DNA of 64,000 bases. It comes from Eledone cirrhosa. Lineage: Eukaryota. The position numbers and the translations under genes are program-made. Location: positions 24,056,001-24,120,000 of the forward strand of contig OZ024745.1 in the NCBI GenBank assembly GCA_964016885.1. The letters run 5' to 3'. Under the pieces are notes generated by a model. The model was not told where the DNA came from and ran no database searches. It was given only the letters and a program-made list of their open reading frames with translations. Shown here piece after piece: positions 42,930 to 57,639 of the stretch. How positions within the stretch are numbered: the stretch's first letter is position 1; the number at the start of each line of letters is the position of its first letter.

Positions 42930-43900
42930 TATATACACAGATACACACACATACACAGATACACACACATACACAGATACACACACATACACAGATACAC
43001 ACACATACAGACACATACGCATACACAGATACACACACATACACAGATACACACACATACACTGATACACACACATACGTACACATACACATACACATAC
43101 ACATACACAGATACACACACATACACAGATACACGCACATACTTACACACACACATACACAGATACACACATATACAGAGATACACACACATACACAGAT
43201 ACACACACATACACAGATACACACACATACACAGATACACACACATACAGACACATACGCATACACAGATACACACACATACACAGATACACACACATAC
43301 ACTGATACACACACATACGTACACATACACATACACATACACATACACAGATACACACACATACACAGATACACGCACATACTTACACACACACATACAC
43401 AGATACACACATATACAGAGATACACACACATACACAGATACACACACATACGTACACACACATACATAGATACACACACATACACAGATACACACACAT
43501 ACGTAGACATACACATACACAGACACACACACATATGTACACATACACATACACAGATACACACACATACGTACACACACACATACACAGATACACACAT
43601 ACATACACATACGCATATATACACAGATACACACATATACACAGATACACACACATACACACACACATACACAGATACACACACATACACAGATGCACAC
43701 ACATACTTACACATAAACATATATACACAGATACACATATATACACAGATACACACACATACTTACACACACATACACAGATACACACACATACGTACAC
43801 ATACACATACACAGATACACACATATACACAGATACACACACATACACAGATGCACACACATACGTACTACGCACACACATACATACACATACACACACA
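42930..43900. repeat. 18 bp repeat (atacacagatacacacac) with a 240 bp higher-order duplication
   Basis: Lines 42961-43200 are repeated at 43201-43440. Confidence 0.9.
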
Positions 43901-44374
43901 TACACAGAAATTAAACCACCCACAAACAAGTATAAATATAATACTGATATAATACATGTACATACACCCTCCCCCACACACTCACACACTCACACACATA
44001 CACACATACTCACACATACTCACACATACATGTATATTACACATATTATGTACATAAACATAAACTTCCAAGCACACAAACACATACACATACACACATA
44101 TATATCCGCAAGGAGAAAAAAATGAACATGAATATGAACACACACATAGACGCATTCAATACGCACACACACACTGCAAAACGGTGACCTTGTTCTCTCA
44201 CACACACACACACACACACGTATGAATCTCGCTATCTACTCTCATATGTGTATGAGAGTATATATATATAAATATATACATATATATGTATGTATATATA
44301 TATATATATACACAGAGGTATCTAATGGCTTGATTTTTTATTTCATTGTTTTAACTTATATATGTGTGTGTTTC

Positions 44375-44415
<41 letters not shown>

Positions 44416-44432
44416 TTTATATATATATATAT

Positions 44433-44515
<83 letters not shown>

Positions 44516-44571
44516 CATACATATACATATATATGTATATATTTATTGTATAAATATATATATATATACAA

Positions 44572-44602
<31 letters not shown>

Positions 44603-45539
44603 CACGTAACAGAAACTAACACTCTAACACACATGCCCAATAACATATACACATACATATACACATACATACCTAAACACACAATCTACACAATAATATA
44701 CATAAGCAACACAGCTAAATATACACATACATACGCATATATACATACACATACATACGCATATATAAGTATCACGTAACAACTCACCATGCATAAACGA
44801 TCAACACATACCTTTATACACACACACACACATTCACACACACATACACACGCACACACCCTCTCTCTCACACACATTCTCTCTCTCCCACACACGCACT
44901 CTCACACATACACACACACACACTCTCTCTCACATTCTCTCTCTCTCCCACACACACACTCTCACACACACACACGCTCTCTCTCACACACACACACTCT
45001 CTCTCTCCCACACACACACTCTCACACACACAGACACACTCACACACACACTCTCTCTCACACACACAAAATATACACACTCACTGAATATGCAGGCAAA
45101 CAACACAGTCGCAAACACATACTCAATCATCATACACACACACACATCATACATTCACACACACAACACAAACAGCGCACACATACACTATATACACATA
45201 TAAAGACACTGATACTCAATACCAGCAACATAGACAAATATATACACATCACACATAACACAACTACATACACATGCAAACATACATACACACTCACCAC
45301 CAACAACAACAACACTCGCTAACACACACACACACATACACACAGAATAGCAGCAACGCACACACCCATTCACACACCCATTCACACACACAACACCAAC
45401 TACACACACACACACATATATACACACACAGAATAAAACATATATTAACATCACTCACACACAGAACAGCAACACATGCATATACACACACACAGCAACA
45501 CATGCATATACACACACACAGCAGCAACAACTCACACAC

Positions 45540-46099
45540 ATTCACACACATTCAACACCAACAACACACCTAGTTTCTCATATACACACACACAGCAGCA
45601 ACAGCTTACACACATTCACACACACACATTCAACACCAACAACACACCTAGTTTCTCATATACACACACACAACAGCAACAGCTTACACACACACATTCA
45701 TCACCAACAACACACCTAGTTTCTCATATACACACACACAACAGCAACAGCTTACACACACACATTCAACACCAACAACACACCTAGTTTCTCATATACA
45801 CACACACAGCAGCAACAGCTTACACACATTCACACACACACATTCAACACCAACAACACACCTAGTTTCTCATATATACACACACAACAGCAACAGCTTA
45901 CACACACACATTCATCACCAACAACACACCTAGTTTCTCATATACACACACACAACAGCAACAGCTTACACACACACATTCAACACCAACAACACACCTA
46001 GTTTCTCATATACACACACACAGCAGCAACAGCTTATACACATTCACACACACACATTTAACACCAACAACACACCTAGTTTCTCATATACACACACAC
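45540..46099. repeat. ~58-68 bp minisatellite (caccaacaacacacctagtttctcatatacac...)
   Basis: Nine copies of cctagtttctcata. Confidence 0.95.
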
Positions 46100-46591
46100 C
46101 GTTACAGAAAAACACATCAGAACGACGCATGGCATCTTTCACTTGAGGCAGTGATGTCTTCTTTCTCTCTTTCTTTCTTTCTCTCTTTCTTTCTTTTCCA
46201 CCTTTCTTTCATTCTTTCCCGCCATTCCTGCTTTCTTCATCCCTCCCCGTACCTCTCCTTCTCCCCCCCCCCTCTTTCATTTCTTCCTTCGTATATTTCC
46301 ATTTTTTTCTCTCATGCATACATATAATGTAGCATTCGTTATATGTTGATATAGATCAAATAGACACACATGCACACACATACATATATATACACACACA
46401 TACACACACAAGACTGACAATTAAAGAGTTGTTTAATAAACTGACTGATGATTACCTGATTAACAAAATTGAACCGAAAACTTATCCGGTGCGTGTGCTT
46501 TAATTGACAACATGACCCTCCCAAAGTATAATAAACACACACACACATATATATATATACCACATATACAAGTACGACTCATTATTTTCGG

Positions 46592-46890
46592 ATTCGCCAC
46601 GCTTTCACTTGCAGCTCTACCAACGTCATCTATGCACCACCGGTGTTCCCTTTCAGGGTCCATATACATTGGACAAACTGGTCGTCGTCTGATGGACCGA
46701 TGTGTTGAACGCCTAAGGGCAAACGAATTGGAAAATACGTCCATGTCACGCGTCACTTCCGTTCCCCCAACCACTCTATTCAACACCGTATTGTCTCAGG
46801 CCTCACGACCGTGCAGAACTGATAATGATTCGCCTTGGAACAACTGTTCCGAATAGACTGAATTGTCCCTGCCCCCAGTTTCTGAAACCT
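46592..46890 (+). pseudogene. Penelope-like element GIY-YIG endonuclease remnant
   Basis: IRHAFTCSSTNVIY / CSLSGSIYIGQTGRRLMDRCVER / VTRHFRSPNHS across frameshifts. Confidence 0.85.
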
Positions 46891-49484
46891 TGCTTTATCC
46901 TTGCTCTCGCACACAAATACACACATATACATACTGACAACTCTAGCTACCACACAATACGTACCAACTTTATCTTAAACTTCGGCTGCTATCGCACATC
47001 CTGCTATATATCTTAACTAATTAACAACATGAGCACTAATTATATGCAAATTAGTCTATCCATTTCAGAATACTTTGGGTGAATGGATGTGTGTGTGTAT
47101 ATGAATATATATATATCAAATACATGTTGCCGTTTGGATGATATACGATTTCTGATAAAGGTTCAATAAATCGACTATATTTATTACAGTTGACTAACTA
47201 AAGACCAAGGATTTACTCAAGCAAAAGGACAAATAACTATAAATTTAGGATAAAAAAAAAAGGGAAACGAGCGAACTTCATAGATAACTATGACTTAATT
47301 AACTCCCTTTGCATCTCACCAACTGGCATCTTTCTTCTTATTCAACCTCTTCCTGCTTCAACGTGTTTCTCAGAGACTTTTTACAAAAAAGAAAATAAAC
47401 CACAAAAACGTTTTGAAAAACTTTCTAAAAAATGTTCTCTTTTAGTAACTTTCGATTTTAATGACCGCATCGAAGATCTCAAGAGGCTGAAATGAGCATC
47501 TGTGAATGGATATCGGATGAATTTTTAATATAGGATAATTGAATTTTTATAATTAAGATATTTTAATATAAAATAATTGAATTTAGTCATTAATAAATTT
47601 CACTAATTTTACTGTTATTGTTGTTGCTGTTGTTATTCTAATCAACTACCACTGCTATAGCTACTAGTTTCAGTGCTGAACAACCAATCAGCATTGTTCA
47701 TTTCTGACACTGCAGAACCATCTAAAAATGAAAAAATAAAAAAATAAAAAGACTACCATTAACTTAAAAAGTCTACAAAAGAAGACATTGTTTATAGGAA
47801 CATCTCCAATTGTCAGTGTCAAGAAACGAGATACAGATAACAACCGTTGGTTTGATGCTCGCCGTAAGAAATACAAATGGAGTTTAGTAGATTTGTTCCA
47901 ATGTAGATTATAAAGGAAAATCTGTTTCTCTGCATGTCTGTCACACATATATGTAGAAGGATTGAAAGGGGGGGGGGAATAGGAAAATCAACCCATTCTT
48001 TTAAGTTTAGAGGGTAAGCGAGATAACTTAGGTCATGCTTATAATTTTGCTAGGGTAAGAGGAAATAAGGTAAAGATCTGTTGGAAGGGGTGGGCGTTAA
48101 GAGCCAGTGGGGCGAGGGGCCCTAGTTTGTATCAGGGAGAGAAAATTGTAAATATGAACCTAAAAAATAGAGAGCAAGGATGTAAACAACCATTTCAATT
48201 TTTTGTAAATTTTATTTGTAACATTTATTTGCGGATTCTTTGCAAAAGTCAGGTAAATATGACCCACATTGAAATACTACAATCTACATACTATTTCGTC
48301 CTAAGCCAACCGGTTCCCTCCTTTTCCATACATTTGTTATCCACCCCTCCCTCATCAACTCCACTGCTGTTGCTCACCTTACAACAAACCTAGCATTAAT
48401 TCATTTTCCTCCGAACTGGTACATTTGGTAATTTCGCTCCACGTCAGAAATTTTCCCACAGACCTTAAAATTGAATATGAACCTGAACGATTTCAGGAAT
48501 CTATAAGGCCTGTAAATAGATTAAACAGAAATATGTTCATACCATAAAATGAAAAGTATAGATGGAATGAGCTGGGGTTGCAAATGAGACAGACAGCTAA
48601 GTGGTAAGGATTAACTTACCAAAACTCTACAAAGTGTTTGGCTTCCTTTTTCTACCTCTTCTACCGGTACTACAATGCTATCTGCTCCTTTAAACTAGAG
48701 AGCTGCATGCCACCATTTCCTTTATAAACATTCTTTTAAAATGTTTAGTTTTTTATCTACTCGAAACCTATTTTTATTTTTGGTGGTACTGATTTTAAAT
48801 ATTTAATTTATATTTCACTTGGAATTTGAATTTAAATTTTACTAAATTATCTTCGTATACTGAAGATAGTTGTTGTCGTGGTTTAGCACCAATTCAGCAC
48901 AGGACAAGCAGGCTTATAATCAAACAGGATTATGGTCAAGAATATTAATTGTAATTAATATATTCGATCATTTTATTCTTTAGATGCCGATTATGTTGAA
49001 TTCAATGAATCACGAGAGCGCAAGATTTGAGTTAAAGTTGTCTGTTCTTTCAAGCAGGTGGTACGACCACATAGATGCCTCTTTGTTGACTCACCGAGAA
49101 TGTTAATATAATAATCAAATATATGAACAAAACATTTGATAAGAATCAAGATTTATACCCTGTCTTGAAAAAACAATGCTTGCGGCGAGCTACGAATGTT
49201 GAACAAGACAACACTACCCTTGTTTTATTACTTCATGTTGGTTGATAACGTGTAGAGAGGGTTGTTAGTGATGTAAGGCATTGCCCATAAACACACATAC
49301 ATACATACACACATACATTCATACATACACACACACTCTGTCTGTCTCCCTTTCTCTCTACACAGATACACACAATGTCTCTCTCTCTCCCCCCTCACTC
49401 TCTTCTAAATATACATACGACAAACAAGTGACTATATTAAAGTGAACTATGTGACACATCTCAAAAATATTGTTCCATTACACG

Positions 49485-49676
49485 AGATCTACACCAGATC
49501 TACACCAGATCTATACCAGATCTACACCAGATCTACACCAGATCTACACCAGATCTACACCAGATCTACACAGATCTATACCAGATCTACACCAGATCTA
49601 CACCAGATCTATACCAGATCTACACCAGATCTACACCAGATCTATACAAGATCACCAGATCTACACCAGATCTATA
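49485..49676. repeat. 11 bp tandem repeat (agatctacacc)n
   Basis: About 17 copies. Confidence 0.95.
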
Positions 49677-49823
49677 TTCACAAATTAAATATACTGCTAG
49701 TCATATTGACCAGCTGTTCAATTTACACATTTCTTACAATCACATTTATATTAGAATATTGATCCAATAACCTCTAATCAGTAAAATCCTATCTGTTTCA
49801 CTGTTTACTTACAGGTATATATG

Positions 49824-49855
<32 letters not shown>

Positions 49856-50024
49856 TATATACACGACACACATACGCGCACACACAAGCATACACATATA
49901 CACATACACATACACACACACATACGCACACACACGCACATACACATACTCACATATACTCATATATACACACCACGCGCGCATTCACACATACACACAT
50001 ATACACATACGAGCTCCCGCATCT

Positions 50025-50074
50025 GAAGAATCTGAAGACGGCTATAGGAATGGCCGAAAGCTTATTACTTCTCC
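50025..50074 (+). ncRNA. Degenerate minimal hammerhead-like motif
   Basis: CUGAAGA C GGCUAU AGGA AUGGCC GAAA GCUUAUUA; stem II good, stems I and III imperfect. Confidence 0.45.
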
Positions 50075-50483
50075 TTATCTTAGTAGAGATAAAACATTAC
50101 GTTGATTTCATATATAGCCGTTAGGAGACAGGAAAGGAGGATTAAGCTTTAACTTGGTCGACAAATACAGTTGATTTCTTCCAGAGAATGATACTGCGTG
50201 ATATAAAAGGTAGGGAGAAAGGTGCATAGAGGAAGAATAGGCCCCAGTATTTAACTGGTATTTTTTTGTATATATTTCGATCTTGAAGTGATAAAAGGCA
50301 AAATTAACCTCTGTGGGATTTGAACTCTGAGTGTAGAGAGCGGGAATAAATAATGCAAAGAATTCTGTCAAAATATTGGGTGCCTATCATATCATTATTG
50401 TCATATTTCTCTTAAGCTATATTCCAGGTGTCAACAGACACATTCACATACACACACACACATACACACATATATATATATAT

Positions 50484-50585
<102 letters not shown>

Positions 50586-51249
50586 ATGATTTATGATATA
50601 TTGCTCTGATTTTTTAATTTATTAATTCTTCATAGAGCTTAAAAGTGACCAGTTGCAACATGTATATATCTATAACTTTATCTATATGTTAACCTTTATA
50701 TTTAATAATCTCCCGATAGGTTGAGATTAAATTTGGCGATATTTGGCTGCGCTTTCTAGCAGCAAGCCTACCCGCCGTAAGCAACCAATCACATTCTTTC
50801 TGGCTTGACCACAGCCACATAGCGATTCTTAGCCATTTTTGAATCTATTTTTAGCGGGATCGGATTGAAAAACTAGATGTCTGATTTTGAGTTTGTCTCC
50901 TGATGAATCCTAACTCAGGACATTCCTATTATTTGGATGTCTAAAAGTAAGGATGAAACCATGGTAGAGATATAATTACAGTATGTACGCATTTATTCTA
51001 AGTTTAATTTTACACCTAATTGTGTATGGTTGATGATATATCTAGTCAGTTTCTACATGCTGTCGAAATGTTGGATAAATACTCGATCGGGGCCACCGCG
51101 AAAAGGCTACGTTCGGTTATTTGTCGGAGATTTCCCCATAAGAGCATTTATTCTTATAGCTTGTTCTGATTGATTTTTTATATGGTTAGTTATGCTAATT
51201 AGAAGAAGAAATAGTATATATTTTATTATCTGATGATTCTAAAGACATG

Positions 51250-51254
<5 letters not shown>
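50586..51254 (+). mobile_element. Hammerhead-containing retrozyme-like element (family A, copy 2) in (TA)n
   Basis: Colinear with the reverse complement of 17007-17670; terminal redundancy atgatttat. Confidence 0.85.
50894..50972 (+). ncRNA. Type I hammerhead ribozyme, extended stem II
   Basis: UGUCUC CUGAUGA AUCCU..GACAUUC..GGAUGUC..AGGAU GAAA C CAUG GUA GAGAUA; predicted cleavage after 50966. Confidence 0.9.
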
Positions 51255-51300
<46 letters not shown>

Positions 51301-51391
51301 TATGGAGCTGCAACCGATAGATAGTATTAACAACTGGAAAGAACGACTAAAACATTGTTTCATCGGTCCGATTTGACGAAAGACGATCGAT

Positions 51392-51466
<75 letters not shown>

Positions 51467-51468
<2 letters not shown>

Positions 51469-51838
51469 GGTGGTGGCTGCCAACTCGTTTTCGAGTACGG
51501 CCACTACTTTATATCCATGTAGGAGAACCCCTACTGATGCGCTGAACGAGTGTGACTTTTTAGTCCAGCCAGCAACTTGAAAACTCTGGTACAAACACTA
51601 CACTTGTGACAATTATTGACACATAGTGCTGGGCCCATGGTACCATGTGAGGACAAGTGCAGAGAGATCTCCAGATATAAAGCAATGCCTGTGCCGTGAA
51701 GCTTTTATAGTGAGCAAAGGCACTGCACAAAACCAGTCCCACTCTCTTAACCAAGATGATATTTACCAAAAAGAAGAACAAGTCAACATCATTGGATACC
51801 ATCAGGGTTGCAGGTGTTATATCAGAGTTTTCCTTCTC
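51467..51838 (-). mobile_element. Truncated copy of the 3127-3730 retroposon
   Basis: Near-identical to 3127-3489; flanked by (TA)n and (TACA)n. Confidence 0.8.
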
Positions 51839-52074
51839 ATACATACATACATACATACATACATACATACATACATACATACATACATACATACATACAT
51901 ACATACATACATACATACATACATACATACATACATACATACATACATACACATATATACATAGATACATACATACATATATGCATATATATATGTGTGA
52001 AGGCGCATGGCTTAGTGGTTAAAGCATTGGGCTTGCAATCGAAAGGTTGTGAGTTATGTGTATATATGTATATG

Positions 52075-52703
<629 letters not shown>

Positions 52704-52729
52704 TATATATATATATATATATATAGTTT

Positions 52730-52829
<100 letters not shown>

Positions 52830-53035
52830 TTGATATTCTTCCTCACTTTTCGTTGCATTACCATCTTTGATTGTCTACAGTCTCGCTCGTTCCCCTTATT
52901 TACGTGTCCCAACGACTTTCTTTAGCCGTTGCTCGCACCAACCGGAGGTGTATGGTCTTTAAAGCGATGAAATACCAATGAAGGTTGGAAGATCACTGAT
53001 GAAGGACTAAATTTATTCATATATATATATATATC

Positions 53036-53398
53036 TTTTATATTTTTTCTTTATTTATTTTACTTGAATGTCTTTCTAATTCTCGATTTTATGCACACAC
53101 CCACAGTTTTCGAAACACAAGATTAGCTAATACCAATTCTTTAGCGGAAACAGTTAATAATTGTAAAAAGAAGAAAATTAATTATAACCTAACTTGGAAG
53201 ATCCTCAAAAGAGCCATTTCTTATCAGGGTAATAGAAAGGAGTGTGGACTATGTTCCTAAGAAATTTTTGAAATTACTAAATCGAAAGACATTCTATTAA
53301 ATAAAAGACAGGAATTAATTATCGCATGTAACCATAGAATTAGAAAGACATTCAAGTATTATAAATACAACTAAATAAATAAAGAAAAAAATATAAAA
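53036..53398. mobile_element. Putative MITE with ~50 bp imperfect terminal inverted repeats
   Basis: tttatattttttctttatttattt..tacttgaatgtctttctaattct / agaattagaaagacattcaagta..aaataaataaagaaaaaaatataaa. Confidence 0.55.
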
Positions 53399-53455
53399 TA
53401 TATGGCAGACTGGAATTGAACCATCAGCACAGTTGAGGTATGTCAGACATCAATT

Positions 53456-53521
53456 TATTTTATCTGATGAGGACGTACTGATGAAATAGCTCAGTACCTC
53501 TGAAATATGTATAATAAAATA
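53456..53521 (+). ncRNA. Type I hammerhead ribozyme
   Basis: UAUUUUAU CUGAUGA GGACGUACUGA UGAAAUAGC UCAGUACCUCU GAAA U AUGU AUA AUAAAAUA; 8 bp stem I. Confidence 0.8.
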
Positions 53522-53661
53522 TATTTGATCACATAAATGTCTATATTTATTAATATTTTGAAGTAATATTAATAACTCCAGAAAACCTTCTTGTTGAGTA
53601 CTTCTAATCTATCGTAAAATTGTATTCATTGATTAATCAATGAACCTTGTTAAACCTTTGG

Positions 53662-53696
<35 letters not shown>

Positions 53697-53821
53697 CTCA
53701 GTGTGTTTGGCCTTTTAACGTAAGTTCATTGCTCTAGTTCACTCGTTTCTATTGAGCGCTTGCCACGCATTTTGGAAGTTGTTTTTCGCTAATTTCAATA
53801 GCCGAAATGCGATTCTCGGTA

Positions 53822-53966
<145 letters not shown>

Positions 53967-54649
53967 CGTGCGTGCGTGTGTGTGTGTATATATTCTTTTT
54001 GCTATTAGAATTAATCTAAAGATTCAATCCTATATCTCATCCCTATAACTGTTTTATATAATTAACTATTAATGAGCACTATATATTACATTATATTCAA
54101 CACACTAACAAAACTTTAACAGACATACATGTAAACCTATTAAGAAAACCAGATAATTAATGAGATTTCTTATTCGAAAATAAAATTCCCTACAAGTAAA
54201 ACTCATTCTGACCACTCTAACACAATACAATTCTTACACAAATATTATTATTTTCTTACCTATATATTTTTTTATCTAAATTTTACTTTTCTTTGGTTCC
54301 ATCTATATTCCTCACTTGTTCTATTTTTAGAACAAATTATTCCTCTTGAACAAAGAAATAACAAATATTTAGGATTGTTCTATACTATTCTACTAGATAT
54401 AACACTGATATCTACACCCCTTTTTCTCCAACTTTAATCATCCTTGACCGTCCACACTTTTCTATACAATCTGTCTAAATTCCTTTACACTCACAACTTT
54501 CTTTTCTTTTGTTAAAGGTCATTCGATACCTCATACTCTGACTGCTAATTTACTCATCTACTACAACCAGCTTAATGATTTATATTGCCCCTTCCTACTT
54601 TTACTATTGGTCAATCTCAACCTTGTTCTTAAAAGGTTACTTATTCATA

Positions 54650-55029
54650 CATGTCTTTATATTCGTCAATAAACGAAACTCATTATTTCTTGCCTTTTAC
54701 GGGGTCGATAAAATAAAGTACCAGTAATGCACTGGTGTATTGCTGGCCTTGTGCCAAAAGTAGAAACAATTATTTCTTGCCTTTCATCCTTACGGGGTTG
54801 ATAAAATAAAGTACCAGTAATGTGCCAAAAGTAGAAACAATTATTTCTGAAGATGGTGAGTAGGGAAGAAGTATGTATATTTTCTTACTTTGATAATTTG
54901 TAATATATTTTACATCGATCACTAATAGAATGAACATACGGAGAACTACCCCCCAGAAACGATCGTAAAATAATAAGTTTTACTATGAATTATCCGTATT
55001 TTGTTTAATTTCATTGTTTTGACTGTTTG

Positions 55030-55112
<83 letters not shown>

Positions 55113-55156
55113 TATATGCAAATATATATATATATATATATATATATTTGCATATA

Positions 55157-55239
<83 letters not shown>

Positions 55240-55532
55240 CAAACAGTGAAAACAATGAAATTAAACAAAATACGGATAATTCATAGTAAAACTTATTATT
55301 TTACGATCGTTTCTGGGGGGTAGTTCTCCGTATGTTCATTCTATTAGTGATCGATGTAAAATATATTACAAATTATCAAAGTAAGAAAATATACATACTT
55401 CTTCCCTACTCGCCGTCTTCAGAAATAATTGTTTCTTCTTTTGGCACATTACTGGTACTTTATTTTATCAACCCCGTAAGGATGAAAGGCAAGAAATAAT
55501 GAGTTTCGTTTATTGACGAATATAAAGACATG
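54650..55532. repeat. Long spacerless palindrome centred at 55134/55135
   Basis: Arms are reverse complements with few mismatches; ORFs 54946..55242(-) and 55027..55323(+) translate identically. Confidence 0.95.
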
Positions 55533-55539
55533 AGTCTTT

Positions 55540-56541
55540 ATATCACTGCTCTACACCAACACCAAAGCCCAAGTCATTACACCTGATGGGATGACAGAGT
55601 TCTTTGAGATACTGGCTGGAGTGCTCCAGAGACATACATTGGCTCCCTACCTTTTTGTCATCGTAGTGGACTATTGTATGCGCCTTGCACTGGAGAAACA
55701 CCAGGACTCTGGCTTTACTGTAGCACCGGCTCAGAGCAGGAGAGTTGGGGCGAAAAAGGTATCGGATGCTGAATTTGCCGACGACATAGTTTTGGTGACA
55801 AATACAGTGAAGGAGGCAGAGGACTTGATGCGGGAGGTTGAGACTGTGTCGATGAGTGTGGGGCTGAGAATGAATGAGACTAAAACAAAATATCTGGTAG
55901 AGAATGTTGAGAAGCCAGAGGGGATCACTAATGTAGGCGGGAAGCCGCTGGAATTGGTTGAGGACTTCCTGTATTTGGGAGCAAAGATTGGGAATACGGA
56001 AGATGATGTGGTTGAGAGGAAGAGCAAGGCCTGGGCGGCGTGTCACAGCTTGAGATCGGTGTGGAAGTCGGACCTTCGTAGAGACCTGAAAATCCGCCTC
56101 TTCATTGCTGTAGTGGAGTCTGTGCTGCTGTATGGGTCTGAGACTTGGACACTAACCAAGAGACTCACTCAGATGGTGGATGGGTGCTACACGAGAATGC
56201 TGAGGATGGCTCTGAACATTAATCAGTATACACTGAGGATGAAAAACTCAGAGCTGTATGGGAGCATCCCAAAAGTCAGCTCAAAAGTGACACAGAGGAG
56301 ACTGATGTTGGCTGGACATGCTCACCGACATCCAGAGTTGACATTGCACTCAGTGCTCCTTTGGGAGCCCCTACATGGACACACTAGAAGAGGAAGACCA
56401 AGGTTAACATATGTTGATGCCCTAAGGACAGACACTGGTCTGTTGGAGATGCAGGATATGGCAGCGATAATGAGGGACAGAGACCGCTGGAGAGAACTCG
56501 TCCATGGATCTCGGGAATTTTACCCGCCTTAGATAGATAGA
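55540..56541 (+). mobile_element. 5'-truncated RTE-clade LINE; uninterrupted C-terminal ORF (RT FADD motif) ending at 56532
   Basis: GVLQ..TLAPYLF, EFADDIV, GLRMN..KTK, FLYLG, LLYGSETW, RGRPRLTY..RDRWR; short (TAGA)n tail. Confidence 0.92.
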
Positions 56542-56550
56542 GATATATAT

Positions 56551-56671
56551 GTGAAGGCGTGTGGCTGAGTGGTTAGAGAATTGGATTCGCAATCGTAAGG
56601 TTGTGAATTCGATTCCTGGACCAGGCGATGAGTTATGTCCTTGAGCAAGACACTTTATTTCACGTTGCTCC
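56551..56671 (+). mobile_element. Second-family tRNA-derived SINE
   Basis: Homologous to 28299-28450. Confidence 0.8.
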
Positions 56672-56848
56672 TTCTACCTGGAGTTGCGACCGATAGATAG
56701 TATTAGCAATTGGAAAGACCAACGGAAACATTGTTCCCTCGGTCCGATTTGACGAAAGTCGATCGTTTCGTTAATATATATATATATATATATGTATGTA
56801 TATGTATATATATATATATATGTATATGTATATATATGTATGTATATG

Positions 56849-56883
<35 letters not shown>

Positions 56884-57639
56884 ATATCTATATATATATA
56901 TACTTACACACACACACATACACACCACACACACACATACACACAAACACACACATATATATAGATATATATATATAGATGCATATATATATATGTGAGA
57001 AAAACAGAGATTGATAAACATAAAGAATTTATAAATGTAAATGTGAAATATGGAGTGAGAAAGAGAGAGAGTGAGAGGGGAGAGAGAGAGGGGAGAGAGG
57101 GGGAGAAAGAGAGAGAGTGGAGACAAAGGGAGAGATTAATAAATATGGCCAATCTAAAGGCAGATTACAGCGTGTATATGTGTCTATGTGATAATGTGTG
57201 TTTGCGAGTATCTGTATGTATGTGAGATTAAATGTGAATATGTGTATATGTATTTGTGTGATGATGTGTTTGCGTGTGTCTGTGTATATACATTTATATG
57301 AGAATGTGCGTTTCCGTGTATTTGTGTGTATATGGCATTATATGTAAATGTGTATAAATGTGTCTATGTGATTGTGTGTTTGTACGTGTCTGTGTATATA
57401 CGATATTTTATGTGTATGTGTATATATGATATTTTATGTGTCTGTGTATATATGATATTTTGTGTCTGTGTGTATATGATATTATATGTGTCTGAGTATA
57501 TATGAGATTATATGGAAATGTGTATATATATATACACCCATACGTACATATATATATATGTGCATGTATGTATGTATATACATACTACTGTACGTCTGTA
57601 TACATATATGTATGTACGTATACATACTTATATGTATAT

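Noticed and set aside
41273-43756. 827 aa ORF
   Set aside because: Stop-free translation of CA/TA minisatellites
45540-46099. CRISPR-like periodic array
   Set aside because: The 'spacers' are repeated (CA)n variants; eukaryotic context and no cas genes
52990-53015. cactgatgaagg motif (likewise ctgatga at 51230, 59244 and 60422)
   Set aside because: No stem II followed by GAAA and NUH
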